Below, one piece after another: positions 1 through 11,220 of a stretch of 64,000 nucleotides of DNA. Under the pieces are notes generated by a model that saw only the letters and a program-made list of their open reading frames with translations, did not search any database and was not told the DNA's origin. Position numbers and translations under genes: made by a program. Source of the DNA: a virus; IMG/VR virus record IMGVR_UViG_3300019776_000165, positions 1-64,000 of that record. One strand, given 5' to 3'. Numbering within the stretch: position 1 is the stretch's first letter; each line of letters opens with the position of its first letter.

Positions 1-93
1 AGAACTTGGTGTCTACCCATGCACTTGCGGTTATGACTCACCAGACATTGACCTAACACAGCACCACATCGCTCTTATCAAAGGAGAGAACAA

Positions 94-327
94 GTGAGTA
101 TTCACGACCGCATGAAGCCGAGAAGCAATCGTGAAAAAGACTTGCTCAAGTATGGGCGCAGGCAAGGCAGGGAACAGGTCATTGAGGTTGCTAGGCAATG
201 GCTTGAGTATGACGGAGACAACGCAAGTTTGATTCAGTTTCTCAGCGACAAGTCTTGGTATGTAGAAGGTCAATGGACACCGCTCTTTGACCGCCTCAAG
301 GACTTCATCAAAGGAGAGAACAAGTGA
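94..327 (+). CDS. Small hypothetical protein
   Basis: GTG start behind AAAGGAG; ends IKGENK. Confidence 0.75.
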   Translation: MSIHDRMKPRSNREKDLLKYGRRQGREQVIEVARQWLEYDGDNASLIQFLSDKSWYVEGQWTPLFDRLKDFIKGENK

Positions 328-437
328 GTCACACTCATGTGACTTATTCATCGGGGGTAAACACCGAGCAGTATTGGTGGTGTTGGTGTGGCAAGCGTTA
401 CACCAATCCACTATTTATCAAAGGAGAGAACAAGTGA
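324..437 (+). CDS. 37-aa micro-protein (not in ORF track)
   Basis: Translated by hand: MSHTHVTYSSGVNTEQYWWCWCGKRYTNPLFIKGENK; RBS in junction repeat. Confidence 0.7.
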   Translation: MSHTHVTYSSGVNTEQYWWCWCGKRYTNPLFIKGENK

Positions 438-703
438 GTGACCTAACTCAAGAAGCAATCTTGGCTGAACTGGCTAAGTTATCGGATAGCAAAGGTAAGG
501 CTATGTCTTTCTATGATGGACATACTATTGTTCCTAATTCGTTGCTTGAACAAGTTTGGCTTGAAGCCGAACGCAAGACCGAGAAACGCATTATCAAACT
601 GCTAGAAGCGGACATCTGTCCTGACGCAACTTTGACTTGTTGCGATGGTTGGTGTGGGGCTTACAAAGGTGCTATTGCTCTTATCAAAGGAGAACAGAAG
701 TGA
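434..703 (+). CDS. Small hypothetical protein
   Basis: GTG 434 in junction repeat; KRIIKLLE...AIALIKGEQK. Confidence 0.75.
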   Translation: MSDLTQEAILAELAKLSDSKGKAMSFYDGHTIVPNSLLEQVWLEAERKTEKRIIKLLEADICPDATLTCCDGWCGAYKGAIALIKGEQK

Positions 704-927
704 AGTGCGAAGAACATCACATCTACTCTGAAGTAGACGACCCTATGGGCTGCCCTGTTTGCTACGGTGAAAAAAAGGCAGAGCGGCACACCATTAAACT
801 GTTAGAAAAACTAAAAGCCAAAATGGAAGCCGTAGAGACTGGCTATGGCCCAAAGAGTGGAAATATGGCTATAAGGGTTAGCACTATCGAACAGGCTATT
901 GCTTTTATCAAAGGAGAACAGAAATGA
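700..927 (+). CDS. Small hypothetical protein with CxxC
   Basis: GTG 700 in junction repeat; CPVC; TIKLLE...AIAFIKGEQK. Confidence 0.75.
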   Translation: MKCEEHHIYSEVDDPMGCPVCYGEKKAERHTIKLLEKLKAKMEAVETGYGPKSGNMAIRVSTIEQAIAFIKGEQK

Positions 928-1241
928 GCACATCACACGACCTACTAAAGAAGATTAAGCACATTGATTTTGAAGAGGCACTAGCCAGCAAATTCGATGA
1001 TGCCCAAGCCCTTCTATTAAAAAAGCACCACGATTACGGACCAAAGAACATCTCTCAGTCACCTGGTGGACCGATTAACGGTTTGCGAGTCCGTATGTGG
1101 GATAAGATGGCACGTATCAACCACTTGGTTGACAGCGGGGCAACCCCTGAGAACGAGAGTCTACGAGACAGTTTTGTAGACCTAGCAAACTACGCAATTA
1201 TTGCACTGATGGTGCTTGATGGCGAATGGGACAATGACTGA
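924..1241 (+). CDS. DUF1599-like (nucleotide modification-associated domain) protein
   Basis: KHHDYG...RMWDKMARI...ESLRDSFVDLANYAIIAL pattern. Confidence 0.75.
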   Translation: MSTSHDLLKKIKHIDFEEALASKFDDAQALLLKKHHDYGPKNISQSPGGPINGLRVRMWDKMARINHLVDSGATPENESLRDSFVDLANYAIIALMVLDGEWDND

Positions 1242-1842
1242 AAAAACTTTTGATGGAGGTCTCCTCCAAGGTGAGCCAGTGGCGATTGGGATTGACCAGT
1301 CGCTCACTGGTTTTGCCATTTCTGCGGTAAACGTAAGCAAACCTGAGTGCTACGAGACTTGGGTGTACAAATCTCCGTATAAAGGCGTACAACGCCTTAG
1401 CGATATTCAAGATTGGTTATTCTCCAAGATGGAGTTTCTAAAGGAGAATAACAACGAGATAGTGGACATTGCCATGGAGGGCACTGTACTTGCTAGTCAT
1501 TCTGCTCTTGTTCTTGGGGAATTGGCTGCCACAGTAAAACTCTTCTTCTTTGAGCATTTCTTTGAGACTAATCACTATGTGTCTGCACCTGACCCAATGC
1601 TCAGAACTCCTCTTCAAATTCCACCGATGACCCTCAAGAAATACGCTGCAGGTAAGGGCAACGCTAAGAAGCAAGAGATGCTAATGCAAATCTATAAGCG
1701 TTGGGGTGTAGAGTTTAATGATGACAACGCTGCTGACTCCTATGCACTAGCAAGATTGGCTGGCGGAATCGCCATTGACGTAGTAGAAGCAGCCATAATA
1801 GGGCAGACAACTGACCCTAAGTATAGGGACATTATCGATTAA
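1234..1842 (+). CDS. ruvC: RuvC-like Holliday junction resolvase
   Basis: IGIDQSLTGF, AMEG, PMTLKKYAAGKGNAKK, DDNAADS RNase H-fold acidic motifs. Confidence 0.8.
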   Translation: MTEKTFDGGLLQGEPVAIGIDQSLTGFAISAVNVSKPECYETWVYKSPYKGVQRLSDIQDWLFSKMEFLKENNNEIVDIAMEGTVLASHSALVLGELAATVKLFFFEHFFETNHYVSAPDPMLRTPLQIPPMTLKKYAAGKGNAKKQEMLMQIYKRWGVEFNDDNAADSYALARLAGGIAIDVVEAAIIGQTTDPKYRDIID

Positions 1843-1903
1843 TGTTCCTCTATTCTTATTGTTAGGGTAGGCGGACTAACACACCAACAATAAGGAACAC
1901 TAA

Positions 1904-2194
1904 ATGAGTGAAGACATTGTAGTGCCGCCTGCCGAAGATTTTCTCAAGGTTAGCGGTCAATCAAACCCTCAGTCTGTAGCATCAGCCATCGCACATGCAA
2001 TCTACGATAACAAGCAGGTTAAGTTGCGTGCTATTGGTGCTGGAGCAATAAACCAAGCCGTAAAAGCAATCGCCATCTCCCGTGGCTATGTGGCCCCACG
2101 AGGCATCGACTTGGTTTGTAAACCAGGTTTCACAACCGTAGAATCTCGTGACGGAGACATTTCTGCGATTGTATTTATCATTACAACCAGTTAA
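1904..2194 (+). CDS. spoVS: SpoVS family protein
   Basis: LKVSGQSNPQSVASAIA...AIGAGAINQAVKAIAISRGY...CKPGF matches the SpoVS pattern. Confidence 0.85.
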   Translation: MSEDIVVPPAEDFLKVSGQSNPQSVASAIAHAIYDNKQVKLRAIGAGAINQAVKAIAISRGYVAPRGIDLVCKPGFTTVESRDGDISAIVFIITTS

Positions 2195-2230
2195 AAAAGT
2201 CTTACTCTAGAAGTAAGTAAAGGAGTCTAA

Positions 2231-2641
2231 ATGGCATCTTGGACAAGTCTGGGTCACGGTATGCGTCGCCGTATTGGTGCCCCTTCAAATCACCACGAAT
2301 CGACAGGTAAGAACATGAACCGTCAGCACCCAACTCACCACGAAGCCTACGAGGCAGCCGCTGAAGTAGGTAGCCCACGCATTCCTATGGGCCACGCCCC
2401 AGCCCCTCAGGGTACTCTAGTACCTAAGAAGAGCGGCAAGGGTGTAGACCCAACCGCTGGTGGCAAGGCTAACCGCAAGAACATCGAGCGTCTAGGTGCT
2501 TCGTACCACGTATCGGTACCTTTCACCCCAACAATCGACCCAGCCGCTGGTTCGACCATGGCTAACGCTCGAATCGTTCCTTCGGTTCAGGGCCGTGTAA
2601 ACCCTAACTTCGACGCTGGAATTCAGGCATCGAGCCTCTAA
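2231..2641 (+). CDS. Hypothetical protein
   Basis: AAGGAG RBS, ATG, 136 aa. Confidence 0.65.
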   Translation: MASWTSLGHGMRRRIGAPSNHHESTGKNMNRQHPTHHEAYEAAAEVGSPRIPMGHAPAPQGTLVPKKSGKGVDPTAGGKANRKNIERLGASYHVSVPFTPTIDPAAGSTMANARIVPSVQGRVNPNFDAGIQASSL

Positions 2642-2922
2642 ATGGAGCCGAACCCAGTTTCGCCGTTGTTTAACGTGCACCCAATGACTTCAGCCGTACA
2701 GCAAGGTCGTTTGGCGTCATCTGGTAACTACGCACAGGCACGAGCCATGGGTTCATCTAACTTCGGTAACCAACGTCAGTTTGCTTGGGATACTGGGCGA
2801 GGGCATGGCGGTGCCGTGGAATCTCTAAACGCAAACAACGCTGGCAGTTTCCGAAAGTTTGATGCTGGACCTCAGTATCAACCAGTAGAAGCCAGATAAC
2901 TGTTTCTTATTGAAAGTTAATA

Positions 2923-3744
2923 ATGTCCTCAAGAATCCCAGAGTTTAACGTAGGTATTCAGGCCGCTGTTCCCGAAGTACAGTGGGGAGCCCGCCAGTAC
3001 AACCGCATTTCAGGGATTGATGCTCCTCCTCGCCCCGATTCATTTAACAATGTTTTGACTAATATTGGTCAAGCCCGTGGGATTGCAAAAGACTTTCAAG
3101 CAGCGCCTCTATACGATAAGTCTGCTGAGCCAAGTTTCCGTGCCATGGCAGAAGAAACTAAGCGTCAATACGAGTTTATGACTCGTCCACGGGCACAGGG
3201 TGGAATGGGAATAACCCACGAGGTTACTTCAGGGGACCCATACAGGACTTCTCGTGACATGATGAACGATGTTGCTGGTGGCCGTATTCGCACCCTTGCA
3301 ACTGCCACTACTGGTGAGCACCCATTTTTTACAAACGATGAAAACGACATGTTCCGTGCAGTTCATGATGTATTTGGGCACGCTGGTTCTGGACGTAACT
3401 TTAATGCTGCTGGAGAAGAGGCTGCTTTTCGTAGCCACTACAACATGTTCAGCCCAGCAGCGCAAGGTGCAATGGCCACGGAAACTCGTGGACAAAACAG
3501 CACTAACAATTTTGGAGGCTTGGCAAAGGGTCAGTTTGCTCCAAACAAAATTGCGCTAATTCCATCCACTAGACTTATTCTGCCTGCACCAAAGCAACTC
3601 TACATTCCAGGTGGTCGTCGTACAGCACTTCTTACTGGGCTAAGTGAGGCTGTTGGTGCACAACAAAGTGCAACCCAAGAACACGCAAAGTCTTTTGGAA
3701 CGCCAGGCAACCCACACCCAGACGCTTCATGGATAAAGGAATAA
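2923..3744 (+). CDS. Hypothetical protein with zincin-like HDxxGH...GEE motif
   Basis: NDMFRAVHDVFGH...AGEEAAF. Confidence 0.6.
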   Translation: MSSRIPEFNVGIQAAVPEVQWGARQYNRISGIDAPPRPDSFNNVLTNIGQARGIAKDFQAAPLYDKSAEPSFRAMAEETKRQYEFMTRPRAQGGMGITHEVTSGDPYRTSRDMMNDVAGGRIRTLATATTGEHPFFTNDENDMFRAVHDVFGHAGSGRNFNAAGEEAAFRSHYNMFSPAAQGAMATETRGQNSTNNFGGLAKGQFAPNKIALIPSTRLILPAPKQLYIPGGRRTALLTGLSEAVGAQQSATQEHAKSFGTPGNPHPDASWIKE

Positions 3745-3961
3745 CAAATGGCTCACAAAACCTTGCGAATTGACTTTAATACTGTTGAATTTATGCTCGA
3801 TTTTCCAATCGATACAACTATTCTTTCGGCTGCCCATCAAGATGGCCACATTGTCTTAGAAGTAGAGACCAACACTGAGTTTCCAGATGACTGCACTCTA
3901 GTGTACGAAACTGGTGAAAATGGCATTGCCTCTCTTACGGGAGCAAATTAAAGGATAAGTT

Positions 3962-4489
3962 ATGGCTGGTGCAGTAAACAATTTCAGCCCTAGCCAGAAC
4001 TGGCAGTCACTCGGTGGTGGCGGGTTCATGGGCTACAACAACCAGGGTGGCCAAGGTGTTCCTGTCGCCCGTGGAGAACTTGATGCTATCCGAATCGGTA
4101 CTGGAAGGGTCCCTTCCGCAGAGTACCCTGATGGATATTTAGGTACAATCAGGAGTCGTCGTGATGACCGCCTGCTGGATAGCATCAAGAGTCGTGTGGG
4201 GCAAAAGTCATACCAACGAGGTGTGCACAAGGGTGAGCGCATTGAACCTTCAATGTACTACTGGCCGTCGGATTTTAACGACCAGAGCAGCCTAAAGCGT
4301 CAAGCAAAAGCAAAGTTCGATGCCACTAGCGGAATGTACCGTGTTGCTCGTCCTGCGCCAGAAATGCGTCTAACACCTGCACCTCACCTAGTTAATGATG
4401 GAAAATCAAACATGGTGTCGGATTCTCCTGGAGCGATTAACGTTCAGCGAGCCAACGCTTTGAACTACTTGAAGCCAGTTTGGAGATAA
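3962..4489 (+). CDS. Hypothetical protein
   Basis: 175-aa ORF with AAGGA RBS. Confidence 0.7.
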   Translation: MAGAVNNFSPSQNWQSLGGGGFMGYNNQGGQGVPVARGELDAIRIGTGRVPSAEYPDGYLGTIRSRRDDRLLDSIKSRVGQKSYQRGVHKGERIEPSMYYWPSDFNDQSSLKRQAKAKFDATSGMYRVARPAPEMRLTPAPHLVNDGKSNMVSDSPGAINVQRANALNYLKPVWR

Positions 4490-4492
4490 CCA

Positions 4493-5596
4493 ATGGCAAA
4501 GAAGCCTCCTACAGAAAAGCAACTTTTAAGCAGCCCTGAACTACCTGCTCTGTCAGGTAACAAGCAGTGGATTCACGGCGCTCAGTTCAGTCCAGGAATG
4601 TTGGCTAAGCCAGGCCAAGAGTTAAAGAACGGCCAAATCGACCCAACTCACCCTGCCAACGCTGTGCACATGATTAATCACAAGTACGCACACCTAGGTT
4701 TGTCTGTGCCCACTGCCCTAGGAATGGGTGGGGCAGTTTCTCACGTTCAACCTCAGGGACGAATTAACGCTAAGGGCAAAGTTGAGCGATATTACCCGTC
4801 AGGTAAAAACAAGGGCCAGCCAATTGGGCCAAACATTACTGTAAAAGACGCCACCAAAGAAGCCAACCGTGGCGGATTCAACAAGTTTTTTGCTCACCCC
4901 GAAACTGGGCACCTACAAGACGAGATTCAGGACATGGAAGGCCTACGCCAGCATCCTGGATTTCAAGTCATGGTTAATAGATTTGTACGTGAGCACGACC
5001 GCACTATAGCCGCAGGCAAATCCGCAACAGCGCTAGATTTCTACCCAAATGAGCGCCGTAAAGTTGCCGAAATTGGAACTAGGTTTAACCAAGCACGTGC
5101 TGCCAAGGGTCTAAAGCAATACTTTCCAGACCAGCCAGAACTTGCAGGTGCCTTGTTGCAAGGCGGGTACAGCCAAAACAACAAAGAGCACAATAGAAAC
5201 TTGATGGTAGAACGGTCAGCGGAAACTGGCGAAGTTCTTCCTCACTTATCCTCCGACATGATTAACCACGCCATTGAGCACGATTTGCACCCATTAGACA
5301 CCAGGGTGTTTGGAACAAAGAAACTGCGTGATTTTACTGGCTCAATTCTTAACCCTAATGATTATGCTGGTGGTCATGAAGGCGTTCAACTGGGAACTGG
5401 CCACACAGTTGACCGACACGAGCACGACACCGCTATGGGGCGCAACTTCGGCAACATTCCGCTGAAGATTGGTGCAGGCGGAGCAGAGCACCGCCGTTAC
5501 CGTGTTATCCAAGCAGCATTGGCGGAAGCAAATAAGCGTGCTAATCCAGCCCTTGCCCCTGCTCAATTCCAATCAATGACTTGGACGGCACATTAA
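4493..5596 (+). CDS. Hypothetical protein, C-terminal region resembling HhH glycosylase-like phage proteins
   Basis: KLRDF..ILNP, TVDRH, Y..IQAA, PAQFQSMTW. Confidence 0.5.
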   Translation: MAKKPPTEKQLLSSPELPALSGNKQWIHGAQFSPGMLAKPGQELKNGQIDPTHPANAVHMINHKYAHLGLSVPTALGMGGAVSHVQPQGRINAKGKVERYYPSGKNKGQPIGPNITVKDATKEANRGGFNKFFAHPETGHLQDEIQDMEGLRQHPGFQVMVNRFVREHDRTIAAGKSATALDFYPNERRKVAEIGTRFNQARAAKGLKQYFPDQPELAGALLQGGYSQNNKEHNRNLMVERSAETGEVLPHLSSDMINHAIEHDLHPLDTRVFGTKKLRDFTGSILNPNDYAGGHEGVQLGTGHTVDRHEHDTAMGRNFGNIPLKIGAGGAEHRRYRVIQAALAEANKRANPALAPAQFQSMTWTAH

Positions 5597-8500
5597 TGAA
5601 TAACGGTGTTGATGGTCGTTACGACCACACAAAGCCGTGGGTGACCAGTTCACCTGCGGAAGAAGACTACGCTCAACCTAAATGGACGTATAACGGTCCA
5701 TGGGCCTCCAACATGGAGCGCCTAACGCAACAAGCCTTGATGGCCAACATGATGCCTGGAGCACAAATCCAGCAACTAGTACGACCACCATTGCCGCAAC
5801 TCCGAGTGTTTCCTGACCGATTTGGTTACGGAGAACGAACTCAACCCACGATTGATGACGTAGTAAGTCTAGACCGTGTTTATCAAGAGCCACGAATTTC
5901 GTGGTACAGCGGAAGCCCAGCAGGGTATTCTGGTAGTAGTAGAAATAGTTTGGAGAGTAACTAATGGCCGAATTTTCACCGTCCTCAATGGGCGAGGTAC
6001 GTGCACACCCAGAGACTGGTTACCGTCAGGTACTAGTCAAGGCTGGTCGTGGCGGAAGCAAGTGGGTAGACAAGGCAGAGCCTAGAAACGATGCCCTGCC
6101 AGGCGGCGGTATTTTGCATAAGGGTTTCCGTAAGCACATTGACGACCTTAAAGGCAACATCGGACACCTAGAGGAGGCTCTAGGAGAAAATAGCGCTGAA
6201 GCAAAGCGTATTGTCACTGGTGAGTTGATTGCTGCTGACCCTAAGCGCCAAGAAGCAGTCAAGAAGAGCAACGATGCTATCGAATCTTCGTGGGAAGACA
6301 AGCGCCCTGGAGCCCGCCGTGCCCCAAAGACCACGGGTAACGCTGTTCAAAAAGCCACTACCAATGGACTTGAGGCTAAGGCTAAGTCTCAGCCCCCAAC
6401 AGGCTCTGAACTTTTTGAGGGACTAGGGAAGCATCTGTCAGACATGAGAGACCACTTATCAAGCACTAGCCGTGCCTCTGCTGTTTCTAGTGGTATTGGT
6501 CACGTTTGGGATACTGCAGCAGGCCACCTAAGAAACGCCCTTGTACATTTTAACTTAGCAGATAACTACCGTAAGGCTCGTGACGGATATAAGTCGCTGC
6601 CTCACCTAGCAAACGCTGCCCTATTTCTCCACCACGCCGTGGAAAGTCTTAAAGGCACCACTCTGGTTCACCCAACATTAGACACAGACGCTACTGCTTT
6701 TTACAAGAAAGAAACACAGCGCCACGCTACACGTTCTGGCCGAGGTGACGTAGTTTAATGCTCATTAACCCAAGACAGTTAACAAATCTCCCTGACATCA
6801 CCACTGCTCGGCAGAAGATGCAGGAGATTAACTTTGGCGCAACCAAAGACACTGACCAAATGAGCGTAGCCGCACAAAAACTGTCTAAGATTGATGACAC
6901 TCTTCGTGATTTCTCTTCCAGTATTCCATTAAACAAGTTTCACGACAAGTTTTTTGATGCTGAGGACCATCTGCGAGACGCAATCAGTGCCCATTCTAGA
7001 GGTAACTACACGGAGGCTCTCCAACACGCACGAAACGCACAGCAAGCCATCAAGGATGGTGACCGTGCAATGTACGTGAAGAAAGAAAAGAAGACACCAG
7101 CACTGGTGAGCGGTTTGGCAAATGTCCACGCATCGTTTGACGATTATTACCGAACCGTTCTTCCTGCACAGTTTTCTATTCGTACACTTAACAACACTGG
7201 TAAGTACACGGTGTCCGTAGACCCTGACTACATTGCCAAGAACAACCCTCAGTACGCTAAGAAGCGTGCTGAAAACCAACTGGCGCTTCAGCGCCGTAAA
7301 GCACTTAGGGGCTAATTTATGGCTAGTCGTAAGAAAGAGTTCATGGGACCTGTAGGCACTGAGCGAGAGTCAGCCTTCCCAGACGAAGAACGCAACCAAG
7401 GTTTTGGTGGAAGTTCCAGTTCCGACATGGATGCTACTCACGATGACGGAGGAGATGACGGAGAAAGCACCTCCTCAAAGGTTTCTGTAGAAGACAACCT
7501 TGGCGTAACAGGTAAGGGCGCTGCTGTTGCAGACGTTCCCTCTATTCGTCGTGCGTACGAGAAGTACCACCAAGAGAACAGCCCGCAGGCTGCTGCTCGT
7601 GGAATAAAACTAGCCACTTTTGACGAACTAGTCGGTAAGGCTAAATCCAAAGGCACAAAGAAAGACTACGGAAACGTTGCTGCATGGGCTGGCACAGAAC
7701 AGGGCAAGCACTATCTCGCACGAACACGAGCAATCACTGCCCCAGTTCCATGGGCAAAGCCAGACCGTTTTAAGACAGACGCTGAAGGTACACGAACCCT
7801 AGACGAGAACGGAAACCCAATACTTCAAAAGGTCGACAATGGCCCTATAGGCTGGCAAGAAGGCGTTCCAAGAGCACCAAGAGATGCTAACTCTGAGTCT
7901 TATTTGCACGCATCATTGTTTAGGAACATGCACCACGGAAACTTGCAAGGGTTGGCAGACCGTTACATGGAGCACTACGACCAAAATCTTCAGTACGGTA
8001 GCGGACCAAAATCATGGGTCGGTCAAGTCCGTCACAATGAGGGTCAAGTTTCTGGTGGCCTAGAAGACCTACATGGACAGATGTTGGAGCATCTAGGACA
8101 ATCCTCCTATGCTCACAGCACTGGTGACCACGAGGCAGGAGCCGCTCACTTTGACGCAGCAGTAAAGACTTTCCGAAGAATGACTCGCAGAGGCCAGTCC
8201 TTAAAACTACCAGCAGACCACCGAGCCTACGAAGACGAGGCCCGAAACATTCACGCAAACTACAAAGAGATGAACGGAATCCAGTAATGCCAAAGAAGAA
8301 TCAAACTGCACCAGCACAGGACAAGACCCCTAAGGCTCCGACAGAAGCCAAGGCGCTCCGTAGCCTACCAAATGGTGGCGGAAATCCTAAGCGTTCGCCT
8401 AAGGGCACTCCTGTAGGCAAGACCACTGGTAAGGTCAGCAAGAACCGTCGCCCATTTAAGCCAGCCAAGTAACTCATGAAGCCAGTCCCTAATCGTGCCC

Positions 8501-9361
8501 CAAAGCGTCTCGTTGTAGACGTTAAACAGGCACGCCTAAAGGCTGAGCGTAGAGAGTTGAACGAAGCAAGCGGTAAGTTCAGTACGGGAGCGCACCAAAA
8601 CAAAGGTACTAAGCGGGCCCGTACAAGGAACGCCGCAGTTAAAAAAGCAATAAGAGAGGACATGGATTAATGTTCGATGGTGATGGCGGAGAAACGCTAG
8701 AACTTCAAGCGTATAAAATCGCTAAAAATGCTACTATGTATAAAGGTTCGGCACCATGCCCACAGTGTGGTGTTATCGTGAACCCAGTAGAGTTCATGTA
8801 TAGCAAGGGATTATGCCCTCCTTGCTACCAAGACAGAATGACTCGCCGTGTGAAAGGAAAGATGGCATGATTGTAAACGCAGACCGTAGGGGCCCTAAGG
8901 ACCTCCGAGACCTAGCCACTAAGGCTAACGCTGTTAAGGGGTTCATGGACGCACAAGACCGTCTAGCAGCCGCTCAGACCGCACACGCCAACGGTGAAGA
9001 CGTTGACTTCGGTGGCCTAATCAAGGCTCACGATGCCGCTCTCCAGGAGATGAACGATGTTCACGGCAACAACCCTGCAGAAGTTCAGGCTACCTTGCAG
9101 TACATCAAGAGCACCCTTGGTAAGGGCAAGTCTCACTAAAGGAAAGAAGTAACCATGGCAGTAAACACTTCTCGTTCGATGAACGAAAGCCTTGCAGAAG
9201 GTTCGACTGACGGTAAGTACCGCAAAGCACGTCCAGACACTGAGGTGCTAGACGTAAAGGGAAACGAAGACACCCTTAACAACAAGCAGACCCTGCACCC
9301 ATTCTACGGTTACGGTTTTGCTACTAGCGAGTACCCTAATAAGGTAAACCCAGGCAAGTAA
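5596..9361 (+). other. Run of coupled hypothetical genes (5596-5964, 5964-6758, 6758-7315, 7319-8287, 8287-8472, 8476-8670, 8670-8870, 8867-9139, 9155-9361)
   Basis: Contiguous ORFs, many with TAATG stop/start overlaps; no family recognised. Confidence 0.7.
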
Positions 9362-9377
9362 ACATTTTCATTGCAAG

Positions 9378-9400
9378 AACCTCGCTTCGGCGGGGTTTTT
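9378..9400 (+). terminator. Intrinsic terminator
   Basis: AACCTCGC-TTCG-GCGGGGTT followed by T-run. Confidence 0.8.
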
Positions 9401-9436
9401 GTATTATGATTGTAAGCACACAATAAGGAGCACAAT

Positions 9437-10009
9437 ATGGCGGAGTTTCAATCCGTAGATGGAAAGCCACTGATTGGGTCTAAACCAATCGAAGGCCCTG
9501 TAATCCGTCTACTGATGTGTCTGGTATGTAACACCCTAGAAGAGTTGCCCGATTATGAGGGGCCAAGTAACTTCGATTACCTCCTAGAGATTTCTCTGGA
9601 GAAGCATAAGTTTCCGTCTGGTGACCCGCACGTAGGAAAGTTGTTTAAACTTCCTGTGAAGGCGTGGGCTAACGAGGAGCAGAAGAAAGCCATCCTTGAG
9701 CAGTTTAAGCAGGGTGGTTCCCGTGGTCTAGATGACCTTACGGAGGAAAAGAACTTCTACGAGACTAAGATGACATTTGCACAAGATGCGATGTCCTGTT
9801 GGCAAAAGCACAACAAGCCAAAAGATAACTGTGAGGACTATCAGAGTCCCGCTAAAAGACTTCTCCCAGACACAGCAAAAGAGCGTGGTGAGTTGGGCCT
9901 ACCAAAGCCAGAGCATTTGGAAGGACCAAAGATTTACACCTGTAACTTCTGCCCTTATCACGGAGAAGTAGTCCAACGTCGGCGCAAAATCCTAGGAATG
10001 TATAACTAA
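9437..10009 (+). CDS. Hypothetical Zn-binding protein
   Basis: CLVC and CNFC motifs; AAGGAG RBS. Confidence 0.7.
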   Translation: MAEFQSVDGKPLIGSKPIEGPVIRLLMCLVCNTLEELPDYEGPSNFDYLLEISLEKHKFPSGDPHVGKLFKLPVKAWANEEQKKAILEQFKQGGSRGLDDLTEEKNFYETKMTFAQDAMSCWQKHNKPKDNCEDYQSPAKRLLPDTAKERGELGLPKPEHLEGPKIYTCNFCPYHGEVVQRRRKILGMYN

Positions 10010-10308
10010 TGGCAATTGAAGTAGAAACGTTTTTTCTTGTAACCGTCACCCCAGAGGGTGGGTTCATCACATACACCAAGATGCCAGACGAGCCCATTGA
10101 GGCCGCTCGTCAGGCTACCACTGGTGATGTGTTCAGCATCTCTCAGCAGATTGTTAAGGAGATTGACCAGCAGTTGCTTACGGAGCGTATTGTAAACGCA
10201 GTTGCAAGTGTTCTGGCTCCAGCAGAGACTCCAAAGGTTTCGGCAAAGGTTAAGAGTGCCCTAAAGGACCGTGGCATTGACCCAGAAAGTATTGCCCCAA
10301 CCGAATAA
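10009..10308 (+). CDS. Hypothetical protein
   Basis: TAATG-coupled 99-aa ORF. Confidence 0.7.
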   Translation: MAIEVETFFLVTVTPEGGFITYTKMPDEPIEAARQATTGDVFSISQQIVKEIDQQLLTERIVNAVASVLAPAETPKVSAKVKSALKDRGIDPESIAPTE

Positions 10309-10317
10309 ACTAGTCTT

Positions 10318-11220
10318 ATGACTATTTATGGTGAAGAACGCCCTACATCGTACTTCAGCACGCCTTCAGCAGGACTTGACCCTGATTTGTTTCAGGGGCG
10401 GTCACTGAGGACGTCTATACGACAGGGCGTTCTTTCTCTATTACAGGACTACTTTGCAAAGAAGTATCGTCACCCAGAGTTGTGGTCACACCCATGGTTG
10501 GCGGGTAGTGGAGTTTCCTACCAATGGTCAGCGGAGCGTTCTCCAAAAGACCTTGATTGCCTGATTGGTATTGATTTCGTTCAGTTCCGTAAAGCAAACC
10601 CAGAGTACCGTGGTCTGACCGACAAAGAGATTGCAGACCAGTTGAACGAGGATTTGCATGACGAGTTGTGGCCACAGACGGAGAACTGGAGCGGGTTTGA
10701 GTTGACGTTCTACGCCATCACTGCCCCAGACATCCGACAGATTAAGCCATACGCCGCTTACGACCTTAAATACGACGAGTGGACGGTCACGCCAGACCCA
10801 AGGCAAACAACTCCGACTAACTCCGAATGGGATTCGGTGGTCAGTGGAGATTACGCTCTGGCCCACCAACTACACACTCGGTTCAGTCAGGCCCTAGGGG
10901 ACATCCAGCAGGCACACGCTGGCCCTACACGCCGTAACGCAGAGGCTAGGCTCTACGCCTCAGGACAGCAAGGTCAAGCCCTCTACGACGAGATTCACGG
11001 CAATCGTAGCGAAGCATTCTCACCTACTGGTGAAGGCTACGCAGACTTCCACAACTATCGTTGGCAGGCTGGCAAGAGGTCTGGAACAGTTGATTTGCTC
11101 CGTGAGGTTAAGCATCACATGGATGCGTTCAGAGCCAACGCCCAACAATCCTTGTATGGGGTAGACCTGCCAGACACTAGCACGTTGATTCGTAGAGCGG
11201 CATTGTACAGGTCCAACTAA
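10318..11220 (+). CDS. Pol-beta-superfamily nucleotidyltransferase
   Basis: LAGS...DLD motif (WLAGSGVSYQWSAERSPKDLDCLI). Confidence 0.7.
   Translation: MTIYGEERPTSYFSTPSAGLDPDLFQGRSLRTSIRQGVLSLLQDYFAKKYRHPELWSHPWLAGSGVSYQWSAERSPKDLDCLIGIDFVQFRKANPEYRGLTDKEIADQLNEDLHDELWPQTENWSGFELTFYAITAPDIRQIKPYAAYDLKYDEWTVTPDPRQTTPTNSEWDSVVSGDYALAHQLHTRFSQALGDIQQAHAGPTRRNAEARLYASGQQGQALYDEIHGNRSEAFSPTGEGYADFHNYRWQAGKRSGTVDLLREVKHHMDAFRANAQQSLYGVDLPDTSTLIRRAALYRSN

Larger units (their letters stand above)
71..927 (+). repeat. Five copies of a gene-junction repeat ATCAAAGGAGA(GAACAAG/ACAGAAR)TGA joining stop of one micro-ORF to RBS/start of the next
   Basis: Copies end at TGA 97, 327, 437, 703 and 927; each encodes IKGE(N/Q)K-stop, contains AAAGGAG and overlaps the next GTG/ATG. 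Confidence 0.9.

Noticed and set aside
71-927. Junction repeats as a CRISPR array
   Set aside because: Spacing is irregular (110-266 bp), the intervals are ORFs, and no cas genes are present
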